A DNA stretch of 59,217 nucleotides from an uncultured Coxiellaceae bacterium (GTDB taxonomy: Bacteria > Myxococcota_A > Polyangia > Polyangiales > Houyiibacteriaceae), in contig CAXMND010000193.1 in NCBI GenBank assembly GCA_964194675.1, forward strand, positions 1-59,217, given 5' to 3'. Positions 18,307 through 28,731 of this stretch are shown piece by piece; position 1 is the stretch's first letter, and every line of letters begins with the position of its first letter. The notes beneath the pieces are model-generated. The model did not search any database and was not told the origin of the DNA. It was given only the letters and a program-made list of their open reading frames with translations. The translations under genes were made by a program, and so were the position numbers.

Positions 18307-18323
18307 GATGGTTCCTCTGCCGC

Positions 18324-19223
18324 TCAGTTCCCGATGCGCTCTCGGACGAGGTCTGGAATGTCGCCGATCTCTTCTGCCACGGAGATCCCGGCCTCTTGCA
18401 TCCGGCGCATTTTGTCGGCGGGCGAATCAACCTTCTTGTTTACGACCGTCCCCGCGTGGCCGAAGCTCATGCCGGGCATCTCATCCATGAAGCGACCCGC
18501 CACGAATGCCACGATGGGAAGACGGCTGTTGTTCTCCTGGGTCCAGCGTGCGAGCTCCGCTTCCGCAGTGCCGCCGGGCTCGGCGTAGATCACCACGGCC
18601 TTCGTGTCTTCGTCCGCCTCGAACAGCGGAATCAGGTCGACGTACGTCGACCCGATCACGGGGTCACCACCGATCGAAATCGCCGTGCTCACGCCAAGCC
18701 CGGATAGGGTTAGCGCGTTGCAGATCTCGGTGGTCATTCCGCCTGAACGCGACATCACACCGACGACCCCAGGTTTGAAGGCCTTGCGGCAGTCGACCGC
18801 GGGCCCACCGAGGCTTCCAAAACGGCACACGTCAGGCACGATGAGACCGAGGCAGTTTGGACCGATGACTCGAGCGCCATGGAGCCCCGCGTATTCGACG
18901 ATGGCGGAGGCATCTTTGCGCGGAATGCCTTCGGTGATGATGATCACCTCCTTGACGCCCGCGTCGATCGCCTCGTACGCGGCATCCGGCGCAAAGGCGA
19001 GAGGCACCGTGATGACGGTTCCATCGACCCTTTCCTTCTCAGTGATCTCACGGACGGTGTCGTAGACCGGAACCCCGTACACCTCACGGCCACCCTTGCC
19101 GGGCGTGACGCCGCCGATGATCTTCGAGCCGTACTGCAAGCATTCACGAGTGAAGTTCAGTGCTTCACGCCCAGTGATGCCTTGGACGATGAATTGGAAG
19201 TCTTGATGAACGATGACGGCCAT
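18324..19223 (-). CDS. Succinyl-CoA-ligase-alpha-like acyl-CoA synthetase subunit
   Basis: VQGITG, GGVTPGKGG, IGPNCLG, SRSGG and IGGDP; phospho-His motif FGHAG retained. Confidence 0.88.
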   Translation of the reverse strand: MAVIVHQDFQFIVQGITGREALNFTRECLQYGSKIIGGVTPGKGGREVYGVPVYDTVREITEKERVDGTVITVPLAFAPDAAYEAIDAGVKEVIIITEGIPRKDASAIVEYAGLHGARVIGPNCLGLIVPDVCRFGSLGGPAVDCRKAFKPGVVGVMSRSGGMTTEICNALTLSGLGVSTAISIGGDPVIGSTYVDLIPLFEADEDTKAVVIYAEPGGTAEAELARWTQENNSRLPIVAFVAGRFMDEMPGMSFGHAGTVVNKKVDSPADKMRRMQEAGISVAEEIGDIPDLVRERIGN

Positions 19224-19234
19224 TGCTGATCCCT

Positions 19235-20428
19235 CTAGCCAACTTTCTCGACGGCGCGTCTCGCCGCTTCGCTGATCGAAACCGTGCGATCGCAGTACTC
19301 GACGCCGTACTTCTGGAGAATCTTGGCTGCGTCGGCCTCCCAAGCCCCCGGGACCCGAAAGATCAAGATCTTGTCTGCTGGCTCAAACCCCAATTCGGTG
19401 ATTCCCTTGATGACGCCGCGTGCGACGAGGTCAGCGCGGGTGTTGGAAACTACGTTGGACATCACGGCGATCTTGTCGACGCCCGGCTTGCTCAGCACCA
19501 GCTTGGTGAGCCTGCGAGCCTTGTCCACACTTGGGTTCCCGCCCATCGCCGCGTAGTTGGCCGGTCGGCCACCGTGCTTTCGCACCGCATCGGTCAACGT
19601 CAGCGACCCTCCACCGGCACCGATGACCAAGCCGATGTTGCCGTCGAACTCGGCGATGGGGCTAATGATGCCTCGAGGATCTTCCGCGTCGATCCGAGCG
19701 CCTTCGAGCTCGAACTCCGTAGGTTCACGTACCTGCCGAAGGTCGTCCTTCGCAAGACCGAGCTCGTCGAGCATCGGCCGTTGCCGATGACGTGCTTCGA
19801 TTTCGAGATCGGCCTCGACGTCGAGCACCACGAAGTTGCCGTCCCCAAGCTTGACCAGTGACGTGATGTCGAGGTCCGCCAAGTCGTACTCGAGGAAAAG
19901 CCGCGCGAGCCCAGACACGATGCGGGTCATCCGTTTGAGATCGTTGCCCTCGAGGGCCAGTGACTTGGCGAGCTCTTTGGCGATGTAATCGGAGAACGGA
20001 TAGAGCGCCGAGAAGTGCCGACGGACGATGCGTTCAGGGTGGGTATCCCCGAGATCGTCGATCTTGCCAGCCATGTCGGCCGCGGCGACGACTGGACGCT
20101 TGGTGGTCCCGTCATAGGTGAAGCTCAGACTGTATGCCGCTTCGCCAGTCGGTCTCGCCTCGACGAGAATGCCGTTAGGCTTGCGACCACCATCATCGAG
20201 TCCGAGGAGCTCGGCCGCGACGGCTTTTGCTCCGGCAGGATCGGCTGCCTCTCTCACCGACGTAGCGGCGAGCCCGGGCGCGATGGCCTGGGCCTTCAAG
20301 ATGACGGGGCCGCCGATGTTCGAGGCGACCTTTTGTGCCTCATCGGCGGTCTTTGCAACCTCGCTCTGAACGAGCGGAATCCGGTGCTTTTTGAGGAGTT
20401 GTTTCGCTTCGAATTCGTAAAAGCGCAT
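19235..20428 (-). CDS. Succinyl-CoA-ligase-beta-like subunit with degenerate ATP-grasp motifs
   Basis: MRFYEFEAKQLL, DGNIGLV, GAGG and PANYAAMGGNP present; GGRGK and EINPL motifs replaced. Confidence 0.8.
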   Translation of the reverse strand: MRFYEFEAKQLLKKHRIPLVQSEVAKTADEAQKVASNIGGPVILKAQAIAPGLAATSVREAADPAGAKAVAAELLGLDDGGRKPNGILVEARPTGEAAYSLSFTYDGTTKRPVVAAADMAGKIDDLGDTHPERIVRRHFSALYPFSDYIAKELAKSLALEGNDLKRMTRIVSGLARLFLEYDLADLDITSLVKLGDGNFVVLDVEADLEIEARHRQRPMLDELGLAKDDLRQVREPTEFELEGARIDAEDPRGIISPIAEFDGNIGLVIGAGGGSLTLTDAVRKHGGRPANYAAMGGNPSVDKARRLTKLVLSKPGVDKIAVMSNVVSNTRADLVARGVIKGITELGFEPADKILIFRVPGAWEADAAKILQKYGVEYCDRTVSISEAARRAVEKVG

Positions 20429-20466
20429 AGTGGAACGGGGAGGTTAGCCCCTCTTCTCATTCGAGT

Positions 20467-21333
20467 CTACGTCGCAATCGCTTCGGCGAGCGCGACCACA
20501 CGCTTGGCATGATCGACGTGTAGCTTCTCGATCAGTTTGCCGTCCACCAGGACCACGCCCCTGCCCTGGGCTTCGGCCTCGGCGTAGGCTTCGATGATGC
20601 GTCGGGAAAGCTTGAGCTCGTCGTCGGAGGGTGTGAACACCTCGTTCGCCGCCTCGAGCTGCTTCGGATGGATCAGCGTCTTCCCGTCGAAGCCGAGCTC
20701 GGCTCCCTGGCGACAAGAATCGACGAACCCTTCGTGGTCGTTCAGATCGAGATAGACCCCATCGAGGATCGCAATCCGCGCCGCGCGCGCGGCAAGCATG
20801 CACAACCCCAACGCTGTGATGAGCGGCAGCCGCATCGCAGTGTGCTGCGCCTGAAGATCCTTGGCGAGATCAGACGTGCCCATCACCAGGCCCCCAAGGC
20901 GCGGGCTCGCATCCGCAATTTCCTCCGCGTGTAGCATCGAGCGTGGGGTTTCCATCATGCACCAAATCGCCAAGTCCGGTGACGCGCCATGAGACACCAA
21001 GACCGACTCGGCCTGCCGCACCGTTTCCGCGCTTTCGACTTTTGGAAGCAAGACTGCATCCGCGCCGACCGTCGCGACGGCAACCAGGTCATCGTAGCCC
21101 CAAGGTGTATTCAAACCGTTCGTGCGAATCAGGATCTCGCGTTTCCCGTAGCCTCCAGCCTCGACGGTTTGGACGACCTGGGTGCGGGCGGTCAGCTTCG
21201 CGTCAGGCGCGACGGCATCTTCGAGATCGAAAATCAAAGCGTCTGCAGGAAGCGTACGGCTCTTGTCGAGGGCCCGGGCGTTCGCGCCAGGCATGTACAA
21301 GACACTTCGACGAGGTCGATGCTTCGCGGTCAT
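20467..21333 (-). CDS. CitE/HpcH family CoA-ester lyase/thioesterase (Mcl2-like)
   Basis: RPRRSVLYMPG, DLEDAVAP, PKVE, MMETP, GTSDL and GFDGKTLIHPKQ motifs. Confidence 0.88.
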   Translation of the reverse strand: MTAKHRPRRSVLYMPGANARALDKSRTLPADALIFDLEDAVAPDAKLTARTQVVQTVEAGGYGKREILIRTNGLNTPWGYDDLVAVATVGADAVLLPKVESAETVRQAESVLVSHGASPDLAIWCMMETPRSMLHAEEIADASPRLGGLVMGTSDLAKDLQAQHTAMRLPLITALGLCMLAARAARIAILDGVYLDLNDHEGFVDSCRQGAELGFDGKTLIHPKQLEAANEVFTPSDDELKLSRRIIEAYAEAEAQGRGVVLVDGKLIEKLHVDHAKRVVALAEAIAT

Positions 21334-21341
21334 TTCGGCTC

Positions 21342-22391
21342 CTAGAACTGGTACGCCTGCTTCAGGTCAGGGTCTTTCTCTGCGAGCTTGCGGGCGAGCC
21401 CGACCATCACCTTGCACTGCTTGTACGTGGCGTCGTCCTGCATTTTTCCATCGATCATGACGGCGCCCGTCCCGTCGCCCATCTCTTCGATCACCTTCTT
21501 CGCCCAAAGCACTTCGTCGACGGGCGGGCTGAATACCTTCTTTGCGATGTCGATCTGCACGGGGTGAAGGGACCAAGTGCCCACGCAACCCAGCAAGAAG
21601 GCGTTCCGAAACTGGTCTTCGCAAGCAACCGTGTCACGGATGTCTCCGAAGGGGCCGTAGTACGCGAAGATGCCGCTCGACACACACGCATCGACCATGC
21701 GTGCGATCGTGTAGTGCCAAAGATCCTGCTGCGCAGTGGTTCGCGGCGCGTCGGGATTGTCCAGGTCTGGATCCGCACGCACCAAGTAGCCGGGGTGACC
21801 GCCGCCGACGCGCGTCGTCTTCATGCGACGTGACGCCGCAAGGTCCGCGGGGCCCAAGCTCATTCCCTGCATGCGAGGGCTCGCGGCTGCAATCTCTTCG
21901 ACGTTCACCACGCCAAGCGCGGTCTCGAGGATTGCGTGCACCAAGATCGGACGCTTCAGCCCGGCCCTCGCCTCGAGCTGTGCAAGCAAACGGTCGACGT
22001 AATGAATGTCCCACGGCCCTTCGACCTTCGGCACCATGATCACGTCGACCTTGTCGCCAACTTCTTGCACGATCTGCCACATGTCATCGAGGAACCAGGG
22101 GCTGTCGAGACTGTTGACGCGGGTCCAAAGCTGACAGTCGCCGAAGTCGGTTTCCTTGGCGATCTTCACGAATCCCTCGCGCGCCGCGATCTTATTGTCG
22201 GCTTGGATCGCGTCTTCGAGATTCCCGAGGAGCACGTCGCACTTCTCGACCATGCTGGGAACCTTCGCCGCCATCTTCGGATTGCTCGGGTCGAAGAAGT
22301 GGATCATCCGTGACGGCCGAAACGGGATCTCCCGCAGGGGTTCCGGGGCTCCGATAGCCATGGGTTCGAAGAAGTCCTTCGCGTTGCGCAT
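21342..22391 (-). CDS. mcl: Malyl-CoA/beta-methylmalyl-CoA/citramalyl-CoA lyase, Chloroflexus-type
   Basis: N-terminus [62 protein letters not shown] and GKMQDDAT resemble the Chloroflexus Mcl as recalled. Confidence 0.8.
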   Translation of the reverse strand: MRNAKDFFEPMAIGAPEPLREIPFRPSRMIHFFDPSNPKMAAKVPSMVEKCDVLLGNLEDAIQADNKIAAREGFVKIAKETDFGDCQLWTRVNSLDSPWFLDDMWQIVQEVGDKVDVIMVPKVEGPWDIHYVDRLLAQLEARAGLKRPILVHAILETALGVVNVEEIAAASPRMQGMSLGPADLAASRRMKTTRVGGGHPGYLVRADPDLDNPDAPRTTAQQDLWHYTIARMVDACVSSGIFAYYGPFGDIRDTVACEDQFRNAFLLGCVGTWSLHPVQIDIAKKVFSPPVDEVLWAKKVIEEMGDGTGAVMIDGKMQDDATYKQCKVMVGLARKLAEKDPDLKQAYQF

Positions 22392-22479
22392 GGTGTACCC
22401 TAGCATATGGAAATTGGGCTGAACCTTCCGGTCATGTGGCAACCGCGTGCTATAAGCGGCGATCTAAGGAGGTGTAGAG

Positions 22480-22734
22480 ATGAGAGGTATCATCGTCATG
22501 GCATTCGTGATCGGCGCGTTCTTTGCTGGGCTGTTCGCTACCCAAGTCGGCCCGGCCGCCGCGGACCATAACGCCAAGAGCCAGTGGCAGTACCAGTGCT
22601 TCGAGGCGTCCGGTGTGGCGCAAGTGACGGAGCGCTCGAACAAGATGGGGCAACAGGGTTGGGAGCTCGTGACCTCAGCCGGCAGCGCCAACTCGACCCT
22701 GTGGTGCTTCAAGCGACCACTCTGGAAGAAGTAG
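22480..22734 (+). CDS. Small exported protein, DUF4177-like
   Basis: Signal peptide, then WQYQC...MGQQGWELV...FKRP. AGGAGG RBS. Confidence 0.7.
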   Translation: MRGIIVMAFVIGAFFAGLFATQVGPAAADHNAKSQWQYQCFEASGVAQVTERSNKMGQQGWELVTSAGSANSTLWCFKRPLWKK

Positions 22735-22749
22735 GCAGCGAGTTCGACC

Positions 22750-23646
22750 ATGGGCCAATCCCGTCGTCGAGGGTGGCTGAAGGGGCTTCTGATCTTCGCC
22801 GTGGTGGCGCTGATCGGCGGGACCGCATTCAACTACTTGTATCTCGCTGATTTGCGCCGGGACTCGCTCTCCGAAGACACCCCTGAGGCGCGTGAAGCCG
22901 GTGCCAGACGGCTCGATACGCTAGCCGCGGCGCACGGACTATATGCCTGGCAGGGTTATCAGGTCATGGACGTCACCTTCGAAGACGTTTGGTACGGCGA
23001 CATGATCAAGCGCTTCATGATGCACTGGGAAGAGTCGCCGCAAGCGCTCCGTGGTCGTTTCATCCGGGGCGGGTGGACCGGTGACCTCGAGCTTCTCAGC
23101 GGCCCCGACAAGGGTAAACGCTGGGGGATTCAGAGCTGGAAAGCGTGGACCGCCGAACCCGGCGAGGAGCCGGTGTTCGAGCAGAATGACACGGTAGAGT
23201 TCGTCGTCCCAACGACGCAATACTTCCTCGAGCTGCCGCTTCGCATGAGGTCGGCCACGGTCGCGCTCGATGCGGGGCAAGCTGTTTGGGAAGGGAAGAC
23301 GTATGACCTGGTCTTCACGAGCTGGGGCGTCCCCGAACCCATGCCCGAGGCAGACCAATACCTTCTTTGGATCGATCCAGAAACGGGACTTCTGGCGCGC
23401 GTGGACTTCACCGTTCGAGAGCAAGGGGGCGCGGCGGCCGCCTCGGCGCGCTATCGACACTACGCAGACGTTGGGGGCGTCCAGATCGCAAAGGAGATCG
23501 CGATCTTCGGCTTGATGCCAGGTGGAGCGCAAATACCGATCCACACATTCGTCACCGAGAAGGTCGAATGGGACACGGTGTCACCGGACGACTTGCGCCC
23601 CGACCCTTCGCTTGCAAACGAAGGGGAATCGAAGCCGGGGTCTTGA
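22750..23646 (+). CDS. Exported hypothetical protein (beta-rich, lipoprotein-carrier-like)
   Basis: N-terminal TM segment; DQYLLWIDPETGLLARVDFT; operonic spacing. Confidence 0.6.
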   Translation: MGQSRRRGWLKGLLIFAVVALIGGTAFNYLYLADLRRDSLSEDTPEAREAGARRLDTLAAAHGLYAWQGYQVMDVTFEDVWYGDMIKRFMMHWEESPQALRGRFIRGGWTGDLELLSGPDKGKRWGIQSWKAWTAEPGEEPVFEQNDTVEFVVPTTQYFLELPLRMRSATVALDAGQAVWEGKTYDLVFTSWGVPEPMPEADQYLLWIDPETGLLARVDFTVREQGGAAAASARYRHYADVGGVQIAKEIAIFGLMPGGAQIPIHTFVTEKVEWDTVSPDDLRPDPSLANEGESKPGS

Positions 23647-23658
23647 ATCAAGGAGCCA

Positions 23659-24507
23659 ATGTCGCTTTTCGATGATAAACAAGTTCGCCTCAACGTCGAC
23701 CGGCTTCCGATCGAGTTCGACGACTACGGTTTCGATCGATTCGGCCTGTCGAAAAAGGCGTTGATCCGCGCCTATTCGCCGATGGCGTACTTCTATCGGC
23801 ACTACCTCAAGGTGACTGCGTTCGGGATGGAGTTCATCCCGCAGGAGGGGCGCGCACTCATCGTTGCGAACCACTCTGGAGGCATCGGCGCCGACGCGGC
23901 CATGATCTTCACGTCGCTCATACTCAACGACGAAGCGCCTCGCCTCGGTCAGGGGATGGCCGAGTATTTCCTCACGCGATCCCCATTCGCGTCGGTCGCA
24001 CTCGGCAGGCTTGGGCATCTCACCGGGCTTCCAGAGCACGGCGAGCAGCTGCTCGACGACGAACGTCTCGTCATCGTGTTTCCTGAGGGCGCGCGCGGGG
24101 CCGGCAAGCTCTACAAGGATCGGTACAAGCTCGTTCGGTTCGGCACCGGTTTCATGCGACTCGCGCTCAAGACCGGCTCGCCCATCATTCCGTGCGCCTT
24201 CATCGGCGGCGAAGAAGCGTTCCCGCAGCTCTTTCACATCAAGTGGCTCGCCAAGCTGTTGAACGGGCCGTTCGTACCGGTTGCGCCTCAGCTCATCTTC
24301 TTTCCACTGCCCGTCGCGTGTCAGGTGTACTACGGGTCACCCATGAGCTTCGAGGGAGATGGGTCCGAACCGGATCACATCATTGAAGAGTACATCGACC
24401 AGGTCCGGGACTCGATGGAGCGTTTGATCAGCACGGGACTCGATGCACGACCCCGATCGTTCATGTTCGAGAAGATGCGCGGTCCAGAGGAAGATGGCCC
24501 ACCATGA
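23659..24507 (+). CDS. Lysophospholipid/glycerolipid acyltransferase (PlsC family)
   Basis: [10 protein letters not shown] (HX4-6D), VFPEGARG and GFMRLAL motifs. Confidence 0.9.
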   Translation: MSLFDDKQVRLNVDRLPIEFDDYGFDRFGLSKKALIRAYSPMAYFYRHYLKVTAFGMEFIPQEGRALIVANHSGGIGADAAMIFTSLILNDEAPRLGQGMAEYFLTRSPFASVALGRLGHLTGLPEHGEQLLDDERLVIVFPEGARGAGKLYKDRYKLVRFGTGFMRLALKTGSPIIPCAFIGGEEAFPQLFHIKWLAKLLNGPFVPVAPQLIFFPLPVACQVYYGSPMSFEGDGSEPDHIIEEYIDQVRDSMERLISTGLDARPRSFMFEKMRGPEEDGPP

Positions 24508-25415
24508 AGATCTTGATCACCGGAATTAGTGGAACATTGGCCCGAGGAGTTGCGTACCGACTCGTGCAACGCGGTCACAAAGTAATCGGCATCGATCGCC
24601 GTCCATGGCCCGATGTTCCCGAGGGCGTCGAGATGCACCAAGCCGACATTCGCAAACGTCCAGCCGAAGACGTGTTTCGAACGGCAAGACCCGACGCGCT
24701 GGTTCACATGGCGACCGTGACGCATTTCACGACGAGCACCGAGGAACGCTACCGAATCAACTTGGGCGGCACCCGCAAGCTGTTCGAGTACTGCCACGAG
24801 TACGGCGTGGGCCAGGCGGTATTCGTGGGCCGACACACAGTGTACGGGGCAACTCCCGACTCGCCACTCTACCACACCGAAGACGAGCCCCCTCTGGCTG
24901 GTGCGGCTTTCAAAGAGCTCGCCGATTTGGTGGCTGCCGATCTGTACGCCGGCAGTGCGCTCTGGCGATGGCCCGAGATCGATACCGCGGTCCTCCGCCT
25001 TTGTTACTTCCTCGGCCCAAGCCGTGGCGGCACCCTCGCAGGTTTCCTCTCGAAGAACCGCGTACCTATGGTCATGGGCTTCGATCCCCTCTACCAACTC
25101 ATGCACGAGTGGGACGCCGAGGAGGCGATCACCTTGGCTGTGGAGAAACAACTCCGAGGCGTGTTCAATGTCGCTGGCCCCCCGCCAGTCCCGCTATCGA
25201 CTGTCGTATCGGCCACCGGCAAACGCGGCATCCCGATCCCCGGGCCCCTCTACTCGACCGTCCTCGGCCGCTTCGGCTTCCCCTACCTACCCAACGACGC
25301 GATCGCACACGTGAAGTACCCCATCGTCATCGATACCAAAGCCTTCGTCGAAGCCACAGGCTTCGAGCCCCGCTACTCCGCGAAGCAGACGATGGAAGGG
25401 TTTAGGTGGAATTAG
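24504..25415 (+). CDS. NAD-dependent epimerase/dehydratase family protein
   Basis: [10 protein letters not shown] Rossmann motif; ATGA overlap with the acyltransferase. Confidence 0.85.
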   Translation: MKILITGISGTLARGVAYRLVQRGHKVIGIDRRPWPDVPEGVEMHQADIRKRPAEDVFRTARPDALVHMATVTHFTTSTEERYRINLGGTRKLFEYCHEYGVGQAVFVGRHTVYGATPDSPLYHTEDEPPLAGAAFKELADLVAADLYAGSALWRWPEIDTAVLRLCYFLGPSRGGTLAGFLSKNRVPMVMGFDPLYQLMHEWDAEEAITLAVEKQLRGVFNVAGPPPVPLSTVVSATGKRGIPIPGPLYSTVLGRFGFPYLPNDAIAHVKYPIVIDTKAFVEATGFEPRYSAKQTMEGFRWN

Positions 25416-25419
25416 AGCG

Positions 25420-26295
25420 ATGGAGCCGTCCGTAATCGAACCGCAACCATCCGAGCCCGCTTTTGCGCTCACGCGCGAAACCGTGACCGTGGGCGATTTA
25501 GTTTCGAAGGCTTCCGAGGCGTGGCAACGCGATGTCGGCACTTGGGTGCTTGCGACCGTGCTCATGGTGCTGATCGGGTTCGGGATTCCGTTCGTGCTCG
25601 GCTTGGTCGTCGGCATTCTCGGAGCACTGCTCTCCGGAGGCGATCCCCATCCCGCCGCCCAGGCGATCATGACCGGCCTTCAGGTTGGGGTTCAGATTCT
25701 GCAAACGGTCGTTCAGGGTGTCCTTGGGCTCGGGTTTTGGGCGATGGCGATCCACACCTTGCACGGAAAGCCGGCACCGATCGGTGCGCTATTCGGCCAG
25801 ATCAACAAGGCCCTCAAGTACATCCTCCAAGTGCTTGCGATTTGGCTCCCGCTCGGCGTCTTGTTCGCCGCGATCGGCGCGGCGGTGTTCTTCATCTCCG
25901 TGGGATCGATCGACCTCGACATGCCGCTCGACGAAGCGTTCGAGACCGCCGCACCCGCACTCGGGGTCTTCTTTCTGGTCAGCATCCCGATCTACGTCTA
26001 CATCTTCCTCGGGATTCTATTCGCGCAGCTCGAGCTCGCCTACAACGACAGCGCGGGTCCCATCGATGCGGTCGTGTACTCGTGGCGAATTGCTCGCAAG
26101 CGGCGCTGGTTGGTGCTGGGCGTCACCCTCATTTCGAGTCTGATCGCCATAGGCTCGATGCTACTGTGCGGCGTCGGCTTTCTGTTTGGCGGACCGCTGG
26201 CGACCCTCATCGTCGCCGCGCTCTATTTGGCACTTCGAAACGGCGCGGACGTTCCGGCACCCGCCACCCGCTCCACACTCGACCGAGTCTATTAA
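25420..26295 (+). CDS. Integral membrane protein, unknown function
   Basis: About six hydrophobic segments; LLCGVGFLFGGP motif. Confidence 0.7.
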   Translation: MEPSVIEPQPSEPAFALTRETVTVGDLVSKASEAWQRDVGTWVLATVLMVLIGFGIPFVLGLVVGILGALLSGGDPHPAAQAIMTGLQVGVQILQTVVQGVLGLGFWAMAIHTLHGKPAPIGALFGQINKALKYILQVLAIWLPLGVLFAAIGAAVFFISVGSIDLDMPLDEAFETAAPALGVFFLVSIPIYVYIFLGILFAQLELAYNDSAGPIDAVVYSWRIARKRRWLVLGVTLISSLIAIGSMLLCGVGFLFGGPLATLIVAALYLALRNGADVPAPATRSTLDRVY

Positions 26296-28325
26296 CGTGG
26301 GGCCGCGGCGATGTTCCCACCATCGACGGTGATGACACACCCCGTAGTGCTCGGCGCAAGAGCCAGGCTGACAAACGCATCGGCTACGTTCTCCGCAGTG
26401 ACCTCACGATTGAGCAGATTCGATCGGTAGTAGGCATCGGCGTCGAGGCCGCGGGCCTCGGCACGCCGCCGGACGTCCTCCGAGGCGAGCAACGCGGTTC
26501 GAATGCGGTCGGCGTTCACAGCGTTGCTGCGCACCCCGATGCTCCCGCCCTCGATCGCGTATTGCTTCATCAGAGCAACGACCGCTGCCTTGGGAATCGC
26601 GTATGGGCCAAAGCCCTTGCCAGGATTAAACGCCGCTTTCGAGGCATTGAAGAGAAGAAAACCGCCCATCCCTTGCGCGCGCATCACCCGCAGCGCCGAA
26701 GAGGCGAGGTATTGATGCGAAAAGAAGTTTACCTCGAAGCTCTTTTTGAGATCGCGGGTAGCAATCTCGTCGATCGCGCCCTGCGGAGCGATGCCAGCGT
26801 TAGACACGACTCCGTCGATGCCGCCGAAAGCGCGAACGCAGCGTTCGACACTCTTTCGGACGGCGGACTCGTTCGACACGTCCAGGACTTCGCAACGCGC
26901 TCCTAGTGGCTTCGCGACACCGACCAGTGTCTCCTCGTCGCGGTCGGTCAGATAGAGCGACGCCCCCGCGTTGGCGAATGCCCGAGCGCAAGCGGCGCCA
27001 ATGCCCCTACCCGCCCCCGAGACGTACACGACACGGCCCTGCAAGGGCTTGGGTCTTGATTTCCCGAGCTTCGCCTGCTCTAGCGACCAGTACTCCATAT
27101 CGAAGAGGTCGGCTGTTGGCAGCACCTCGTACCGGCCTATCGCTTCCGCAGATTCGATCACGCCGAGTGTGTGCTCATAGATGTCGCCCGCAATCGCCGC
27201 CGCCTTTTCCGTCGCCCCGATCGAAATCAGGCCGATCCCGGGCATGAGGACGATTTTCGGGTCGGGATCGAGTTGGGCTACCTCGCGTCCCTTGGCGCTG
27301 GACTCGCGTGTGACATAGGCCCGATAGTCCTCGCGATAGCTCCGCAGCCTTTCGTCGATGTGCGATGCGATCATCGACGGGTCCATCTGGGGAGACAGGT
27401 CGAGGAGCAAGGGCACACGCTTGGTCCGAATCACGTGGTCGGGCGTGGCCGTCCCACGCTGCGTAATCGTCGCAAGATCCGCGCGGGCCAAGAACCGTTC
27501 GATCGCGTCGTCGTGCCGGAGACTCAAGAGGTAGCGCCTCTCACCTTCCCCGACCTTTCCACGCAAAATCGGCGCGACGGTCGCGTAGTCCATGTTCTCC
27601 CGGGGAACCCGAGCCACCGCTGCGTTCGCGGCAGCGTTCTGTCCGAACCGCTCTGCCTTGTCCACGGCAGCGATGTGCCGTTCGTAGCTCTCCTTCGCGG
27701 TTTGCCCAAACGTAAACAGCCCATGGCGAAGCAACAGAAGGCCCTCGACATCCGGATTCTGTTCGTAGGTTTCGGCCGCAAGCTTTGCGAGCGCGAACCC
27801 TGGCATGATGTAGGGAACGATCGCCAACGTGTTGCCGAAGACGGCGCGACAGACGTCTTCGGCGCTGGGTTGATCGACGAGCGCCAGGATCGCATCGGCG
27901 TGTGAGTGGTCGATGAATTTGTGGGGGAGAAACGCATGCAGGAGCGTTTCGACCGAAGGATTCGGCGAGCTCGAGTCGATCAATCGAGTTCGCTGAGCGT
28001 TCACCATCTCTTCGTCCGAAAGTGCATCGCGGTTGCGCAGCGCCCCTAGGCTCTCGAGGCGCACGGCTGGAAGCCCAGCAGGCTCGATATCGCCAAGGTC
28101 CCAACCACTTCCTTTGACACAAAGGACGGCGACTTCTCGTCCTGTGTCATCGCACGCCGTCGTCTTGACCGAGGTGTTGCCACCGCCATGCAACACGAGC
28201 GCCGGGTCCTGTCCGATCAAACGCGACGTGTACACGCGGAGCGCGATGTCCTCGTTGATGCCGGGATCATCGCGATAGCGTTCGATCGTCGCTCGCGCGT
28301 CTGCGTCGGACCATCGGCTCACCAC
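26292..28325 (-). CDS. Bifunctional class II aldolase / short-chain dehydrogenase (RhaD/YuxG-like)
   Basis: LVLHGGGNTSVK, PSVETLLH, HSHAD and PDHVIRTK; SDR motifs GAGRGIG, NAG and YAIPK. Confidence 0.9.
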   Translation of the reverse strand: MVSRWSDADARATIERYRDDPGINEDIALRVYTSRLIGQDPALVLHGGGNTSVKTTACDDTGREVAVLCVKGSGWDLGDIEPAGLPAVRLESLGALRNRDALSDEEMVNAQRTRLIDSSSPNPSVETLLHAFLPHKFIDHSHADAILALVDQPSAEDVCRAVFGNTLAIVPYIMPGFALAKLAAETYEQNPDVEGLLLLRHGLFTFGQTAKESYERHIAAVDKAERFGQNAAANAAVARVPRENMDYATVAPILRGKVGEGERRYLLSLRHDDAIERFLARADLATITQRGTATPDHVIRTKRVPLLLDLSPQMDPSMIASHIDERLRSYREDYRAYVTRESSAKGREVAQLDPDPKIVLMPGIGLISIGATEKAAAIAGDIYEHTLGVIESAEAIGRYEVLPTADLFDMEYWSLEQAKLGKSRPKPLQGRVVYVSGAGRGIGAACARAFANAGASLYLTDRDEETLVGVAKPLGARCEVLDVSNESAVRKSVERCVRAFGGIDGVVSNAGIAPQGAIDEIATRDLKKSFEVNFFSHQYLASSALRVMRAQGMGGFLLFNASKAAFNPGKGFGPYAIPKAAVVALMKQYAIEGGSIGVRSNAVNADRIRTALLASEDVRRRAEARGLDADAYYRSNLLNREVTAENVADAFVSLALAPSTTGCVITVDGGNIAAAPR

Positions 28326-28339
28326 GTAGCCGACGTAGC

Positions 28340-28683
28340 ATGATCGTCGCCGGGTCGGCACGCGGTCTCAGCGAGGCGCCGTCACGTTTCGAGCTGGAGG
28401 ACGGCCGCGTGGTCCGCGTCGCAGCGGGGGAGCCATGGCCGTTTACGGTCGGTGACGAAGATGCGCCGCCCGCGAACGCATCGGTATTGGAGCTATCGAC
28501 CAGCGGTCCGGGAACCGTCGTCACCGACAACGGCGCCGAGATCGACGAAGTGTTGGCACGGCACAATGCCACCGTCGCCTCTCCGGGCTGCGGCTGCACC
28601 GTGTCCGGCGAGTCGACTCACGTGGCCGCTTGGGGCGGCTTGGCGTTGTTCGCGTTTCTGATGAGCGACGGCGAAGGCGCTAG
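28340..28683 (+). pseudogene. 3' remnant of a surface protein with a MYXO-CTERM-like tail, frameshifted
   Basis: GCGCTV followed by a TM segment. The poly-Arg codons CGA CGG CGA AGG CGC TAG are one base out of frame; no signal peptide. Confidence 0.6.
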
Positions 28684-28731
28684 TCGCTCTAACGGCTCGC
28701 GTATCCCCAAAAAGGGACAGCTTTCGAGCGG

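Noticed and set aside
8289-22391. abfD plus mcl as evidence of an autotrophic 3HP or 4HB cycle
   Set aside because: They belong to different pathways, are unlinked, and occur in heterotrophs; no key carboxylase or reductase is in the window.
25521-26906. Long alternative-frame ORFs (461 aa here; also 10074-11261, 30534-31571, 54264-55340)
   Set aside because: Shadow ORFs expected in high-GC DNA; they overlap well-supported genes and carry no recognisable motifs.
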